From Planctomycetota bacterium (GTDB taxonomy: Bacteria > Planctomycetota > GCA-002687715 > DRQF01): DNA of 64,000 bases. The DNA lies in contig JAZGFI010000170.1 in NCBI GenBank assembly GCA_036479435.1, positions 32,001 to 96,000 on the forward strand, read 5' to 3'. The number at the start of each line of letters is the position of its first letter. The first letter of the stretch is position 1. The notes beneath the pieces were generated by a model that was given only the letters and a program-made list of their open reading frames with translations, made no database searches and had not been told where the DNA came from. Shown one piece after another: positions 29,352 to 40,200 of this stretch. The position numbers and the translations under genes are program-made.

Positions 29352-30881
29352 TTATACCGGCGTCAGGTCTTCCATCTTTGAGAAAGCGGCTTTCTCGGGG
29401 ATATAGCCCATCAACTCGTGCAAAGTTGTGAACTTGTTGCTGCCCGTCGAAAACTCGATGTCGTCACCCGTGAATTGGCCGGGGTGCTCATAGCCCGCCG
29501 CGTGCGCAAGGGCCAACAGCTCCTTGCGGAAAGAACGAACGTAGCGAGCGAAGCGGGCCGTCTTGTGGTCGATATCGAGGCCTTTTTGCAACCACATGGT
29601 TTGAGTGGCGACGCCAGCGGGGCACTCGCCGGTGTGGCATTTCAAAGCCTGAATGCAGCCGATCGAGATCATGGCTTCACGTGCAATGGCGATCAGATCG
29701 CAACCCATCGCCAAGGCAATGACGGCGCGATCGGGGAAGCCAAGTTTTGCGCTGCCGATCCACACGATTTCGTTGGCGATGCCGCGCTGCAAAAAGATCT
29801 TGTAGACCCGTTCGAAGCCGATCTTGAAGGGCAAAGAAACGTGGTCGGCGAAGGTCAAAGGCGCTGCGCCGGTGCCGCCTTCACCACCGTCGATGGTGAT
29901 GAAATCGGGACCGCGTTTGGCGGCTGCCATCTTGTCCGCTAGCTCTTCCCAAAAGTCCAAGGCTCCGATCGCCGACTTAATGCCGACGGGCAGACCAGTT
30001 CGATCGGCGATGGTCTCGATAAAATCGATGAGCTCATCGACGTTCGAAAACTCCGCGTGCGAGTTGGGAGACATGCAGTCTTCGCCCTCGGGAATGTCGC
30101 GGATAGCGGCGATTTCGGCGGTGACCTTGGCCCCGGGCAGGATGCCGCCTTTGCCAGGTTTCGCGCCCTGCGAGAGCTTGATCTCGATGCAGCGAACCTC
30201 GGGGACCTCTTTGACGCGGTCTGCGACACGGTCTAAGGAGAACTTTCCGTTTTTGTCTCGAGCCCCGAAGTAACCGGTGCCAAGTTGCCACATGATGTCG
30301 GCGCCTTTGCGGTGATAGGGACTGATGCCGCCTTCACCTGAGTTGTGGTAACAACCGGCCTCCCGGGCCCCGGCGTTTAGAGCCGAGATGGCGCGGTAGC
30401 CAAGCGAGCCGAATGACATCGCCGAAATGTTGATGATGGAATTCGGTCGGTAGGGCCGCTTGCGACTGTGGCGTTCGCCCATGATCTTCAGGCAGGGAAT
30501 GACGGTTTTGTCGTCGCCAGGATAGGTCGCATTCTTTTCGGGGAAGGGGAAGGCGGCGTTCTTGATGATCGGGTAGCCAACTCCGTAGATCATCTCGGAA
30601 GTTCCAAAACCAAAGGTGTTGTTTTGGCCCTTCGATGAGGCGTATATCCAGGAGCGTTCCGAGCGGTTAAAGGGAAGCTCCTCGCGGTCGTTGGCCACCC
30701 AATATTGGCGCAGCTCCGGACCGATCATTTCGAGGAAGTAGCGCAGTCGACCAACCAAGGGATAGTTGTGTCGGATCGCATGTCGCTTTTGAAAAATATC
30801 GTACACCGTCATGTACACGATGATGACCAGAACGATCCACAAGATCGTCAAGTAAGGATGGGTGGTGACATAGTTCCACAT
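29352..30881 (-). CDS. FMN-binding glutamate synthase family protein (stand-alone GltB domain 2)
   Basis: Motifs ISAMSFGSL, NSGEGG, EIKLSQGAKPGKGG, DGGEGGTGAAP and CIQALKCHTGECPAGVATQ. Confidence 0.95.
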   Translation of the reverse strand: MWNYVTTHPYLTILWIVLVIIVYMTVYDIFQKRHAIRHNYPLVGRLRYFLEMIGPELRQYWVANDREELPFNRSERSWIYASSKGQNNTFGFGTSEMIYGVGYPIIKNAAFPFPEKNATYPGDDKTVIPCLKIMGERHSRKRPYRPNSIINISAMSFGSLGYRAISALNAGAREAGCYHNSGEGGISPYHRKGADIMWQLGTGYFGARDKNGKFSLDRVADRVKEVPEVRCIEIKLSQGAKPGKGGILPGAKVTAEIAAIRDIPEGEDCMSPNSHAEFSNVDELIDFIETIADRTGLPVGIKSAIGALDFWEELADKMAAAKRGPDFITIDGGEGGTGAAPLTFADHVSLPFKIGFERVYKIFLQRGIANEIVWIGSAKLGFPDRAVIALAMGCDLIAIAREAMISIGCIQALKCHTGECPAGVATQTMWLQKGLDIDHKTARFARYVRSFRKELLALAHAAGYEHPGQFTGDDIEFSTGSNKFTTLHELMGYIPEKAAFSKMEDLTPV

Positions 30882-31140
30882 CGCTCATTCCTCTCACTGC
30901 GTTGCCGGTCGCTCCGGCTAGCTGCGGCTCCCAAGGGCTGGATTAGCAGCAAATCCTTGAGGTCGCATAACCGGGTTTGAGTGCTCGCCAGATGCCAGCA
31001 CTTGCTCTTAGGACAATTCGAAGCCGTTGCGATCGGGTCGCAAGGCTTGATTGACTGAGGCGAGGAATACCAGAAAGGCGCTCCTGGTGTAAGTCCGCAG
31101 GCCCGGTTGTTCGCGTTTTCTATCGGTTAATGTCGGAGGG

Positions 31141-33393
31141 TCACTCAATTTTTGGCCGCGCCGCGAGGTAGGGACTTGGCCAGTATTGGTCCGGATTCTC
31201 CAGCTCCGTTGCCGCGTGGAGGGTTAGATAGGGATTAGCAAGGTGAGGGCGCGCCATCGCCGTCAAGTCGGCACGGCCCGCGGCTAAGACGGTGTTGGCG
31301 TGGTCGTATCCTTGAATGGCGCCCACCGCCATGACTTTGAGCCCCGTTTCATAGCGAATGCGCTCCGCGAAGGGGACTTGGTACATACGACCGTAGATAG
31401 GGTTGGATTCGGGCGAATTGCCGGCACTCGACACGTCGATGACGTCACAGCCAGCCTCGGCGAGCCAACGCGACAGTTGCACGCTTTCTTCAATCGTTGT
31501 GCCTCGTCCCTTGAGCCAATCGCTGGCGGAAATACGGACGAACATGGCTTTTCGTTCGGGCCAGACCGTGCGCATGGCGCGGAGCACTTGGAGCGGAAAG
31601 CGCGCTCGATTATCCAAGGAGCCGCCATACTGGTCCTGCCGCTGGTTGCAAAGCGGCGAGAGAAAACTCGACAGCAAATAACCATGTGCCATGTGCAGCT
31701 CGACAAGATCAAAGCCGGCGCGCTCGGCGCGTTGAGTCGCGGCGACGAAGTCGGCGCAGACGCCTTCCATATCCGCCTCCGTCATCTCCCGCGGGGTCGG
31801 CCATCCGCTGTCGAGGGGAAGGGCCGATGGGGCGATCAAGTCCCAGGCCCCTTCGTCGGCTCTCAGCGGACGGCCAGGGCCGTCCCACTCGTGGTGAGCT
31901 GATCCCTTTCGACCCGCGTGGGCGAGCTGAATCCCGATTTTGGTCGGGCCATTTTCGTGGACGAAGCCGACGATACGTTTCCAGGCTTGCTCTTGTTCTT
32001 CATTCCAAAGACCCGTGCAGCCCGGAGTGATGCGGCCATCGGCGCTGACGTCGGTCATTTCCGTAATGATGAGCCCCGGCCCCCCGATCGCACGGCTGCC
32101 AAGATGAACGAGATGCCAGTCATTGGGCACGCCGTTCTCGGCGGAGTACTGGCACATCGGACTGACGACGATCCTGTTTACCAGTTCGAGTTCACGCACG
32201 CGGAAAGGCACGAACACGGGTGCCGGCGCTTCGCCGCGAGAATCGAGGGCGGCGCCTTCAGCCTTGCGGTAGGCCTCGCGCGTTTCGGCGACCAGCTTGA
32301 GGTCTCGTTGTTCCAAATTGCCGTAAGTGATCTTTTTGGAGCGCGTCATCAAGTTGAAACTGAATAGCGTTGGATCTTGACCTTGGTAGCGGGCGGAGTT
32401 TTCGAACCACTCAAGACTTGTTTGTGCGGCCTTTTGAATCTTGATGACGTCGACGAAGCGGTCTTCCTCATAGGCCCGAAGGGTTTGCTGGAGATCGGAT
32501 AGGCCATTCTCCTTAAAGGCCTTGGTCAACGCGATGGCATCTTCCATAGCCAGTTTTGTGCCAGAACCGATCGAAAAATGTGCGGTGTGAGCCGAGTCGC
32601 CGAGCAGTACGACGTTTTCGTAGTGCCAGGTTTCGTTGCTGATTGTGGGGAAGGTTCGCCAAATCGAATGGTTCGAAAGCAAGCGGTGGCCGTCGAGGTA
32701 GGGGGCGAAAAGCTTCTCGCAGAAGGCGACAGTCTCCTCCTCAGAAGCCTGATCGAGCCCCGCTTTTTTCCAGACATCCTCTTGGCATTCGACAATCCAG
32801 GTGCCACGGCCCGGCTCAAAGGGATAGGCGTGAACCTGAAAGAGCCCGAATTCGCTCTGCTCGAAGATGAAAGTAAAGGCCTCGAGTTCTTTGTCGGTGC
32901 CGAGCCAACAAAACTTGCATTTGCGCCAGTCGAGCGTGGGGCGAAAGTGCTTGGCGTACTTTTCGCGGACGATGCTGTTGACGCCATCGGCCCCGAGGAC
33001 GAGGTCGCGGTCGCGCAGCGTCTCGGGGTCTTTGATTTCAGATTCGTAGTGGATTTGAACGCCGACTTCTAAGGCGCGCTCTTCGAGAAGAACCAAGAGC
33101 TGGCGCCGGCTCATGCCGCAAAAACCGTGGCCGGTCGAAGTCACACAGCTGCCGCCGAAGTAGGTCTCGATGTCGGACCAGTAACGAAACTTCTCGGTGA
33201 TGCTGCGGTAGGACTCAGGGTCCTCAATTTCGAAGTTGCCCAGAGTTTCGTCTGAAAACACGACGCCCCAACCGGATGTTTCATGTTTGCGATTGCGTTC
33301 GAAAATCTCGATCTCGACTTCGGGGAAGGCCTTTTTCATCAGTATCGAAAAGTAAAGCGCGCCGGGGCCGCCGCCAATAGCTGCAATCTTCAT
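31141..33393 (-). CDS. Bifunctional salicylyl-CoA 5-hydroxylase / anthraniloyl-CoA monooxygenase-oxidoreductase (AbmA-like)
   Basis: The FAD domain has GGGPGALY, GWGVVFSD and GDSAHTAHFSIGSGTKLAMED. The OYE-like domain has VSPMCQYSA, QLAHAGRK and HMAHGYLLSSFLSP. Confidence 0.93.
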   Translation of the reverse strand: MKIAAIGGGPGALYFSILMKKAFPEVEIEIFERNRKHETSGWGVVFSDETLGNFEIEDPESYRSITEKFRYWSDIETYFGGSCVTSTGHGFCGMSRRQLLVLLEERALEVGVQIHYESEIKDPETLRDRDLVLGADGVNSIVREKYAKHFRPTLDWRKCKFCWLGTDKELEAFTFIFEQSEFGLFQVHAYPFEPGRGTWIVECQEDVWKKAGLDQASEEETVAFCEKLFAPYLDGHRLLSNHSIWRTFPTISNETWHYENVVLLGDSAHTAHFSIGSGTKLAMEDAIALTKAFKENGLSDLQQTLRAYEEDRFVDVIKIQKAAQTSLEWFENSARYQGQDPTLFSFNLMTRSKKITYGNLEQRDLKLVAETREAYRKAEGAALDSRGEAPAPVFVPFRVRELELVNRIVVSPMCQYSAENGVPNDWHLVHLGSRAIGGPGLIITEMTDVSADGRITPGCTGLWNEEQEQAWKRIVGFVHENGPTKIGIQLAHAGRKGSAHHEWDGPGRPLRADEGAWDLIAPSALPLDSGWPTPREMTEADMEGVCADFVAATQRAERAGFDLVELHMAHGYLLSSFLSPLCNQRQDQYGGSLDNRARFPLQVLRAMRTVWPERKAMFVRISASDWLKGRGTTIEESVQLSRWLAEAGCDVIDVSSAGNSPESNPIYGRMYQVPFAERIRYETGLKVMAVGAIQGYDHANTVLAAGRADLTAMARPHLANPYLTLHAATELENPDQYWPSPYLAARPKIE

Positions 33394-33403
33394 GGTGAAG
33401 GAC

Positions 33404-34063
33404 TCAACTTGTTTCTTCGACTGGAGGAGAACATAGGGCGCGCCCGGCGGTCGCTTCGATCAAAGCGGCGCGCAGGGCGCTAGCTCGACTGCGAATCGAG
33501 CGAATTTGAAAAGTGGGTCCGGCGCTGAATTCGCGGTCGATGTGCCGGACGTCGTTAGCGCACCTCGCAAGGACGGCTTCGACGGCTCCGACCTCATCGT
33601 AGTGACAGCTCAGATTGAAGGTGGACTCTCGAAAGACGGTTCTTTTGGGAGCCGCTTCGGCGGCAAGCCTGGCGGCGTCGCCATAAGCGCGCACCAGCCC
33701 GCCGGTGCCAAGCTTCGTGCCGCCAAAGTACCGCGTTACGACGCAAAGCGCGTCGTAGAACCCTTCGCGACGCAGCGCGCCCAAAATCGGTAACCCCGCG
33801 GTTCCGCCGGGTTCGCCGTCGTCTTGAGACAGCTCTCGGAATTCCTCGGGTTTTCCGAGGCGCCAGGCGAAACAATGATGCCTTGCGTCGTGAAAGCGTT
33901 TTTTGACTGAAGCCAAGGCGAGCCCGACTTCGTCTTCGTTCGTGGTTCGAACCACCTGCCCAATGAAACGAGACGCCTTGACCTTGATTTCACACTCGGG
34001 ACCCGTGTCGACGCTGAGGTGCTCATCGGGGATGCTGAAGCCTTCGGAGGCGGGGGAACTCAC
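33404..34063 (-). CDS. YigZ/IMPACT family protein
   Basis: Motifs KASRF, ARHHCFAW, DDGEPGGTAG and VTRYFGGTKLGTGGLVRAY. Confidence 0.95.
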   Translation of the reverse strand: MSSPASEGFSIPDEHLSVDTGPECEIKVKASRFIGQVVRTTNEDEVGLALASVKKRFHDARHHCFAWRLGKPEEFRELSQDDGEPGGTAGLPILGALRREGFYDALCVVTRYFGGTKLGTGGLVRAYGDAARLAAEAAPKRTVFRESTFNLSCHYDEVGAVEAVLARCANDVRHIDREFSAGPTFQIRSIRSRASALRAALIEATAGRALCSPPVEETS

Positions 34064-34149
34064 GCTGGTAGACCTCTTGGCTTGTCAGGGACTGAATCGC
34101 TCGCCATCATAGCCGCACACGGCCCAGCCGAACACTTCCGGAGACGGTA

Positions 34150-35223
34150 ATGAGCGATTCTGAAAAAGACCTGGACGACGCCTGCGACAGTTTGCCGGTG
34201 AGCGACGAGTTTGGACCAGATGTTGATTTCGAGGATTTTCCGGTTCCAATTTTGACCGACCGTCAGCGTCCCCGGCGCAATCGCCGGAATCCGGCCATTC
34301 GAAACATGGTTCGCGAGACTCATCTTTCCCCGGCAGATTTCGTTTGGCCCTTGTTTGTCATCGACGGCGAGGATCAGCGGATTCCCTTGAAATCAATGCC
34401 GGGTTGTGAGCGTTTGAGTAGCGACTTGATCGTCAAAGAAGCTTGCGAAGCCTATCGGCTCGGAATTCCGGCGGTAGCTTTGTTTCCGGCCTTGCCCGAG
34501 GAAATCAAGGACAACTTCGCCACCGAATCTGTGAACCCGGCCGGCTTGCTCCAACGCACCGTGATGCGACTAAAGGACGCATGTCCCGAGCTGATGGTCA
34601 TCAGCGATGTCGCCATGGATCCTTACTCCAGCGATGGCCACGATGGCCTGGTCGAGGACGGAGAGATTCTCAACGACGAGACGCTCGAGATTTTGGGCGA
34701 CATGGCTCTGTCTCAAGCGGAAGCGGGGGCGGACATCGTGGCACCGTCGGACATGATGGATGGACGGATCGGATTCATCCGTGACGCCCTGGATGATTGC
34801 GGATTCAGCGATGTCGGGATTCTCGCGTATTCGGTCAAGTACGCTAGCGCCTTTTACGGTCCGTTTAGGGATGCCCTCGATTCGGCGCCGAAGGCGGGCG
34901 ACAAAAGAACTTATCAGATGGATCCTGCCAACAGTCGCGAGGCCATCCGCGAGGTACGCTTGGATATCGAGCAGGGCGCGGACATGGTGATGGTCAAACC
35001 CGGCCTGCCCTATCTCGACATCATCGCGCGAGTGAAAGCGATATCTGAAGTGCCCGTAGCGGCTTATCACGTCAGTGGCGAGTACGCGATGTTGCAGGCA
35101 GCGGGGCAATTGGGATGGTTAGACTTAAGCGCGGTTCAAATGGAAGCGCACCTGGCCTTGAAACGGGCCGGCGCTGACGTGATCCTGACCTACAACGCCA
35201 TAGAATTGGCGAAACGACTCTAA
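34150..35223 (+). CDS. hemB: Porphobilinogen synthase (delta-aminolevulinate dehydratase)
   Basis: Motifs RPRRNR, DVAMDPYSSDGHDG, APSDMMDGR, KYASAFYGPFR, MVKP and VSGEY. Confidence 0.97.
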   Translation: MSDSEKDLDDACDSLPVSDEFGPDVDFEDFPVPILTDRQRPRRNRRNPAIRNMVRETHLSPADFVWPLFVIDGEDQRIPLKSMPGCERLSSDLIVKEACEAYRLGIPAVALFPALPEEIKDNFATESVNPAGLLQRTVMRLKDACPELMVISDVAMDPYSSDGHDGLVEDGEILNDETLEILGDMALSQAEAGADIVAPSDMMDGRIGFIRDALDDCGFSDVGILAYSVKYASAFYGPFRDALDSAPKAGDKRTYQMDPANSREAIREVRLDIEQGADMVMVKPGLPYLDIIARVKAISEVPVAAYHVSGEYAMLQAAGQLGWLDLSAVQMEAHLALKRAGADVILTYNAIELAKRL

Positions 35224-35298
35224 GCCGATAGCCTTGATGGCAACGGTGACTTTGCATTGACAATCAACTCATAAATGAACTCGGGAAACGATTTAGAA

Positions 35299-37221
35299 AT
35301 GAGCGCGGACTCCACAACCAGCAAGCACGAATTTCAGGCCGAAGTAAAACAAGTCTTGGATATCGTTATCAACTCTCTCTATAGTCATCGCGAGATCTTT
35401 TTGCGTGAGTTGATCTCAAACGCAGCGGACGCCATGGACAAGCTGAGATTCCAGGCGGTCACCGATCACAGCCTGATGGACGGCGACGAAACGCTCGAAA
35501 TCAAGATCTTGCCCGACCCAGACAACAAGTGCCTCACTATCGTCGACAATGGCATCGGCATGACGAAGGACGAGCTCGTTCAACACTTGGGTACCATTGC
35601 CCATTCGGGTTCCAAGTCCTTTGTTGATGCGCTGAAACAAAAGGGAGACGGCGACGAAGTCGATCTCATCGGCCGCTTCGGCGTCGGATTCTACAGCGCG
35701 TTCTTAGTCGCCGACGAAGTCGAAGTTGTGTCACGAGCGGCCGGCCAAGACGAGGCCTGGTCTTGGCGTTCCAAAGCCGACGGTACCTTCGAAATCACCG
35801 AGGCCAAGCGGAGTGAACGCGGCACCGAGATCCACCTTTACCTCGGCGATGATCACCAAGAGTTCTTGGACGAGTGGCGGCTTAAGACTCTTGTCAAACG
35901 CTACTCCGACTACATCGGTCATCCCATCAAACTCGCGGTGACGCGTAGTGAAGGCGAGGGCGACGATGCGACCGAAAAGACCGAACTCGAGGTCGTGAAC
36001 GAAGGGCAAGCGCTTTGGCGACGCCCCAAGAGCGAGATCAAAGACGAACAGTACGAAGAGTTCTACAAGCACCTCACGCACGACTTTGAACCGCCGGTGG
36101 CGCGCAACCATTTCAAGATCGAGGGAACCCAGGAATTCATTGGCCTTTTGTTTCTGCCCAAAAATCCCCCCTTCGACATGTGGGACCGGGATCACCGTCG
36201 CGGCGTCCGTCTTTACGTCAAGCGCGTGTTCATCATGGACGACTGCGAGGAGATCCTGCCGACCTGGTTGCGCTTCGTGCGAGGAATCGTCGATTCAGAC
36301 GATCTGCCCCTGAACGTGTCGCGAGAGATGCTGCAAGAGGACCGGACGGTTCGCAACATCCGCAAGAACGTCATCAAAAAGGCACTCGATGCCATCGAAA
36401 GCCTCGCGAAGAGCGACGTCGGTGCCTACGTGGAGTTCTGGGGTCACTACGGCGCAGTTTTGAAAGAGGGACTCCACGACGACCCCGCCGCCAAGGACCA
36501 GCTTTCCCGGCTCGTCCGCTACATCTCGACCAAAGAAGAATTGACGTCGCTTGAGGACTACGTCAAGCGTATGCCCGAGGGCCAAGAGTCGATCTACTAC
36601 GCCATGGGACCGACGCGCAACACGGTCGAGGGAAGTCCTCATTTGGAGAGCCTCGCCAAAAAAGGCTACGAAGTGTTGTTGATGATCGACCCCGTCGATG
36701 AGTGGGCGGTTAGGGGGCTCGGCGAATTTGACGGCAAAAAGCTCGTTTCCGCGATGCAAACTGACCTTGAACTCGGCGAGGAAAGCGAAGCCGACAAGAC
36801 GAAGTCAGAAGCGGCGACGAAGGACCTCGGCGGGCTTTTGACCAAGATCAAAGAAACTCTGTCGGATCAGGTTGCGGAGGTTCGCATTTCGAAGCGCCTG
36901 ACCGAATCCCCAACTTGCTTGGTCGTTCCAGATGGCGGCGCGCACGCGCACATCGAGCGGATGATCCGGGCCCAAGGGGGTGACGCTCCGCAAACCAAGC
37001 GCGTTTTCGAGCTCAACCCAGATCACCAAGTGATCAAAGGGCTCAGTCGTTTGCTCGGGCAAAAAGGCGAAGAAGCCGCGGTTAAGGAGTGGATCTACAC
37101 TCTTTACGACCAAGCCCTCTTGGCCGAGGGCAGCCCCGTTGCCGACCCGGCGAGTTTCGCACGCCGGATGTCAAAACTCATGAGCCAAGCTCTTCCCAAA
37201 GAGGCTGGCGCGGAGTCCTAG
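35299..37221 (+). CDS. htpG: Molecular chaperone HtpG (Hsp90)
   Basis: Motifs FQAEV, FLRELISNA, DNGIGM, IGRFGVGFYS, LYVKRVFI and DLPLNVSRE. An alternative start is at 35275. Confidence 0.97.
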   Translation: MSADSTTSKHEFQAEVKQVLDIVINSLYSHREIFLRELISNAADAMDKLRFQAVTDHSLMDGDETLEIKILPDPDNKCLTIVDNGIGMTKDELVQHLGTIAHSGSKSFVDALKQKGDGDEVDLIGRFGVGFYSAFLVADEVEVVSRAAGQDEAWSWRSKADGTFEITEAKRSERGTEIHLYLGDDHQEFLDEWRLKTLVKRYSDYIGHPIKLAVTRSEGEGDDATEKTELEVVNEGQALWRRPKSEIKDEQYEEFYKHLTHDFEPPVARNHFKIEGTQEFIGLLFLPKNPPFDMWDRDHRRGVRLYVKRVFIMDDCEEILPTWLRFVRGIVDSDDLPLNVSREMLQEDRTVRNIRKNVIKKALDAIESLAKSDVGAYVEFWGHYGAVLKEGLHDDPAAKDQLSRLVRYISTKEELTSLEDYVKRMPEGQESIYYAMGPTRNTVEGSPHLESLAKKGYEVLLMIDPVDEWAVRGLGEFDGKKLVSAMQTDLELGEESEADKTKSEAATKDLGGLLTKIKETLSDQVAEVRISKRLTESPTCLVVPDGGAHAHIERMIRAQGGDAPQTKRVFELNPDHQVIKGLSRLLGQKGEEAAVKEWIYTLYDQALLAEGSPVADPASFARRMSKLMSQALPKEAGAES

Positions 37222-37235
37222 CCTTCAACCTGGGG

Positions 37236-40200
37236 TCAGGCCTCAAGGCGAGTCTGCGCGACTTCCTTGAGGCCCCTCAGATCGAGTTTTCCGCTGCCCA
37301 ACAGTGGCAGCTCGTCGACCTGAAGGCAGTGGGCGGGCTTGGGCACAAAGAGATTGGGCAATCCCGCCGCCGTGGCCTTCTTGAGCATGGCGGCGAGGTC
37401 GGCCTCGTTCATGGTGTGAATCAACACAAGCCGCTCGCCCTTTTTTTCGTCGGCCAAGGCGGTGACCGCCAAGATGCGTTCCTCGGCCCCCGCGGCTTCG
37501 ATAAGAGCCTCCTCGACGCGGCCATGGGGCACCATTTCGCCGCCGATTTTTGAGAACCTCGACATCCGATCGGTGATGAACAAAAAGCCGAGTTCGTCGC
37601 GGTGCCCAATGTCGCCGCTTCGGTACCAACGCGAAGCTGCACTTTGACCCCCACCGTCCACAAAGGCCTCTTCGCTAAGCTCTGCCTGGCCGATGTAACC
37701 ACGCATCAAGTTGGGACCTTGCACGAGAACCAGGCCATCGTCGCCGCGCTCAACCGTTTCAAGGGTTTCGGGATTGACGACCCTCAGGGCGACACCGGGG
37801 ACTGGCTTGCCCGCCGAGCCCGTACGCCAACCGACTTGCAAGATGCCAGCGCCGCGCCAGTTGGGGGAGTTGACGCATATGACCGGCGAGCATTCGGTGG
37901 CACCGTAGCCCTCATAAACGGGTGTTCCGAACTTCTGCTCGAAGGCCACATTGAGTTTTTGCGGCAGTCGTTCTGCTCCGGCAACCACGAGGCGCAGCGA
38001 GCCGAAGGCCCCCGGCGGTACTCGCCGCAAATAGATCTGCAGAAAAGTCGGTGTCGCCATGAGCAGCGTTAGTTTCTGCTCGACGACCGTGGCGGCGACG
38101 GCGCTGCCGTCAAGAGGATTCGGGGTAAAGGCCGTTGGCATCCCGTGGCTGCAAGCGAGCCAAAAACTCATGGTGCCGAAGGCGTGGAAGAAGGGCAGTG
38201 AGCCCAGCATTCGATCCTTGTCGCTCAGAGGAAGTGATTGTGAGATAGACTCGAGGTTGGCGCCGATGTGACCGTGCTCAAGGAGTATGCCCTTGGGATC
38301 GCCCGAGCTGCCACTCGAAAAAAGAATCGCCGCGAGGTCGTTCGGCTTCACGCCACGATCGGCTCCCGCGGCTTTTTCTAACCAGGATGCCGGGAGAGCG
38401 AACACCGCAAGGATGGCCGTTAGTTTCTCGACCGCAGAGACCTCTTCAAAGAGCGCGGCGATGTCCACGGCTTCAACGTGACTCGGGAGCTCGACATTCA
38501 ATTTTTCGAGCAGCATCGGGGTCGTGAGGACTTGGTCAACTTGGGCCTTTTTGAATGCGGAAGCGAGGGCTTTGGGGCCGACGGTGGGGTTGAGGTTGAT
38601 GACGGCGCGTCCGCTGAGACTCGCCGCAAGATTCGCGATCCCCGCGGCGCGGGTGGCCGGAAGTAATAGGGCGAGTCGGTCGTGACGGTGAAGGCTTTTG
38701 CGCAACCGCCGCGCAAGAATGAAGGCAGCGGAGGCGTCGACGATTCGTTTCGAGAATGACTCGGTTCCGTCCGCAAAAGACTCCCCCAATGGGTGCCAGC
38801 GCGCGCGCCGAAAAAAGGGCCGGTGAAGCGCTTCCCGTTCATTATTACGCGCGATCCAGGCCGCGGATTCGAGCTCTTCGATCTTTTGACGAATCAGCGC
38901 AGGTGAGCTATTTGCAGCGAGGGCTTTACCGAAAGAAACCGTTTGCTTGCGACGCCATCCGGCGTGGTGGCGGCCGAGGGCTTTGCCGCGAGACGGGGCG
39001 AAGAATCCGCCCCAAAGGCGATCGAGGTGCGCGGGGATAACGGGTACGTCCCGGCCTTTGAGCATGCGTTCAATGCCGCGCTGCAGAGGCTGCATCGTGC
39101 CCGTGCGGCAGATTTGGCCCTCGGCGAAGATGCAGACCAGATCGCCATCATCCAACGCCTTCCCTGCCTCGCGCAGTGAACGCAACAGATCCGCTGGTCT
39201 GCCGCGCGCGTCAATCGGGATCGCTCCTTGCTCGTCGAGGCGTTTTTTGAACAGTTTGTTTTCGTAGAAGCTCTTGTCGATGATGTAGCGCACTGGGCGT
39301 TTTGCCGCGAGCCCGATGAGCCACCAATCTGCGTAGGAAAGGTGGTTTGAAACGATGAGAGCGCTGCCTTCCTCTGGGATGTTTTCAAAGCCGCGTGTTC
39401 GCACTTTGAAGAGCAAGGCGCCGAGGGCCACGAAGAACATGCGGATGAAATCAGCCGGGATCTTGCGGCGCGAGACGGCAAAGGCCACTAAGGAAAGGAC
39501 ACCGGCGGCGGCGAACAGTCCCTGGCTGCTAAACTCAAACCAACGGGATAGACCCAGCGCCAGCAGCGAACCCACGAGGGTGGCCGTGAAGACCAAGACG
39601 TTTGACAGGGCGATGACCGCGCCCTTCGCGCTCTTCGGTGCTCGCGCTTGAATGAAGGCGTCGAGCGGCACGACGATCAACCCTCCGGCAAAGCCGAGCG
39701 CGGCCATGAGGATCAAAGTCAGAACCAACCCGGGTCCCAACAGACCTTGTGCAATGGCGGTAATACCCAGTAGGCCAAAACCGAGCGGCACCAAGCCGAC
39801 CTCAATCCTCTCGCCAGAAACGCGACCTGCAAAAAAACAACCGATGCCGATTCCAAGCCCGCAGGCGGCGATGGGAATACCGGTCAATCCGTCGTCGAGC
39901 CCCAGCTTGGTCTTGGCGTAGACCAAAACCGTCTGACTTGCCAAACTCGCCAAGAGCCAGAAAAAAGCAGAGCCCAAAACCGCGCGCTGGAGCCGGATAT
40001 CAGTGCGGAGCGATTGCCAGCCGGTTCGCATCGACGCAAAGGCGTCGCCATCACCGGAGGCCGCCGCAGCGGGTACCGGCGGGATGCCGAATGAGAAGAA
40101 AAAGCCCAAAAGACCGAGTGCGAACAACACAATTCCCGCGCGAAAGGGACCCGCGTCGCTGTCCCCAAGAAGAAGGCCTCCGGCCGCCGTGCCGAAGATG

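Noticed and set aside
35224..35298. Heat-shock operator or promoter upstream of htpG (TTGACA, HAIR-like)
   Set aside because: There is no correctly spaced -10 box, and the spacing does not fit HAIR, CIRCE or sigma54 consensus.
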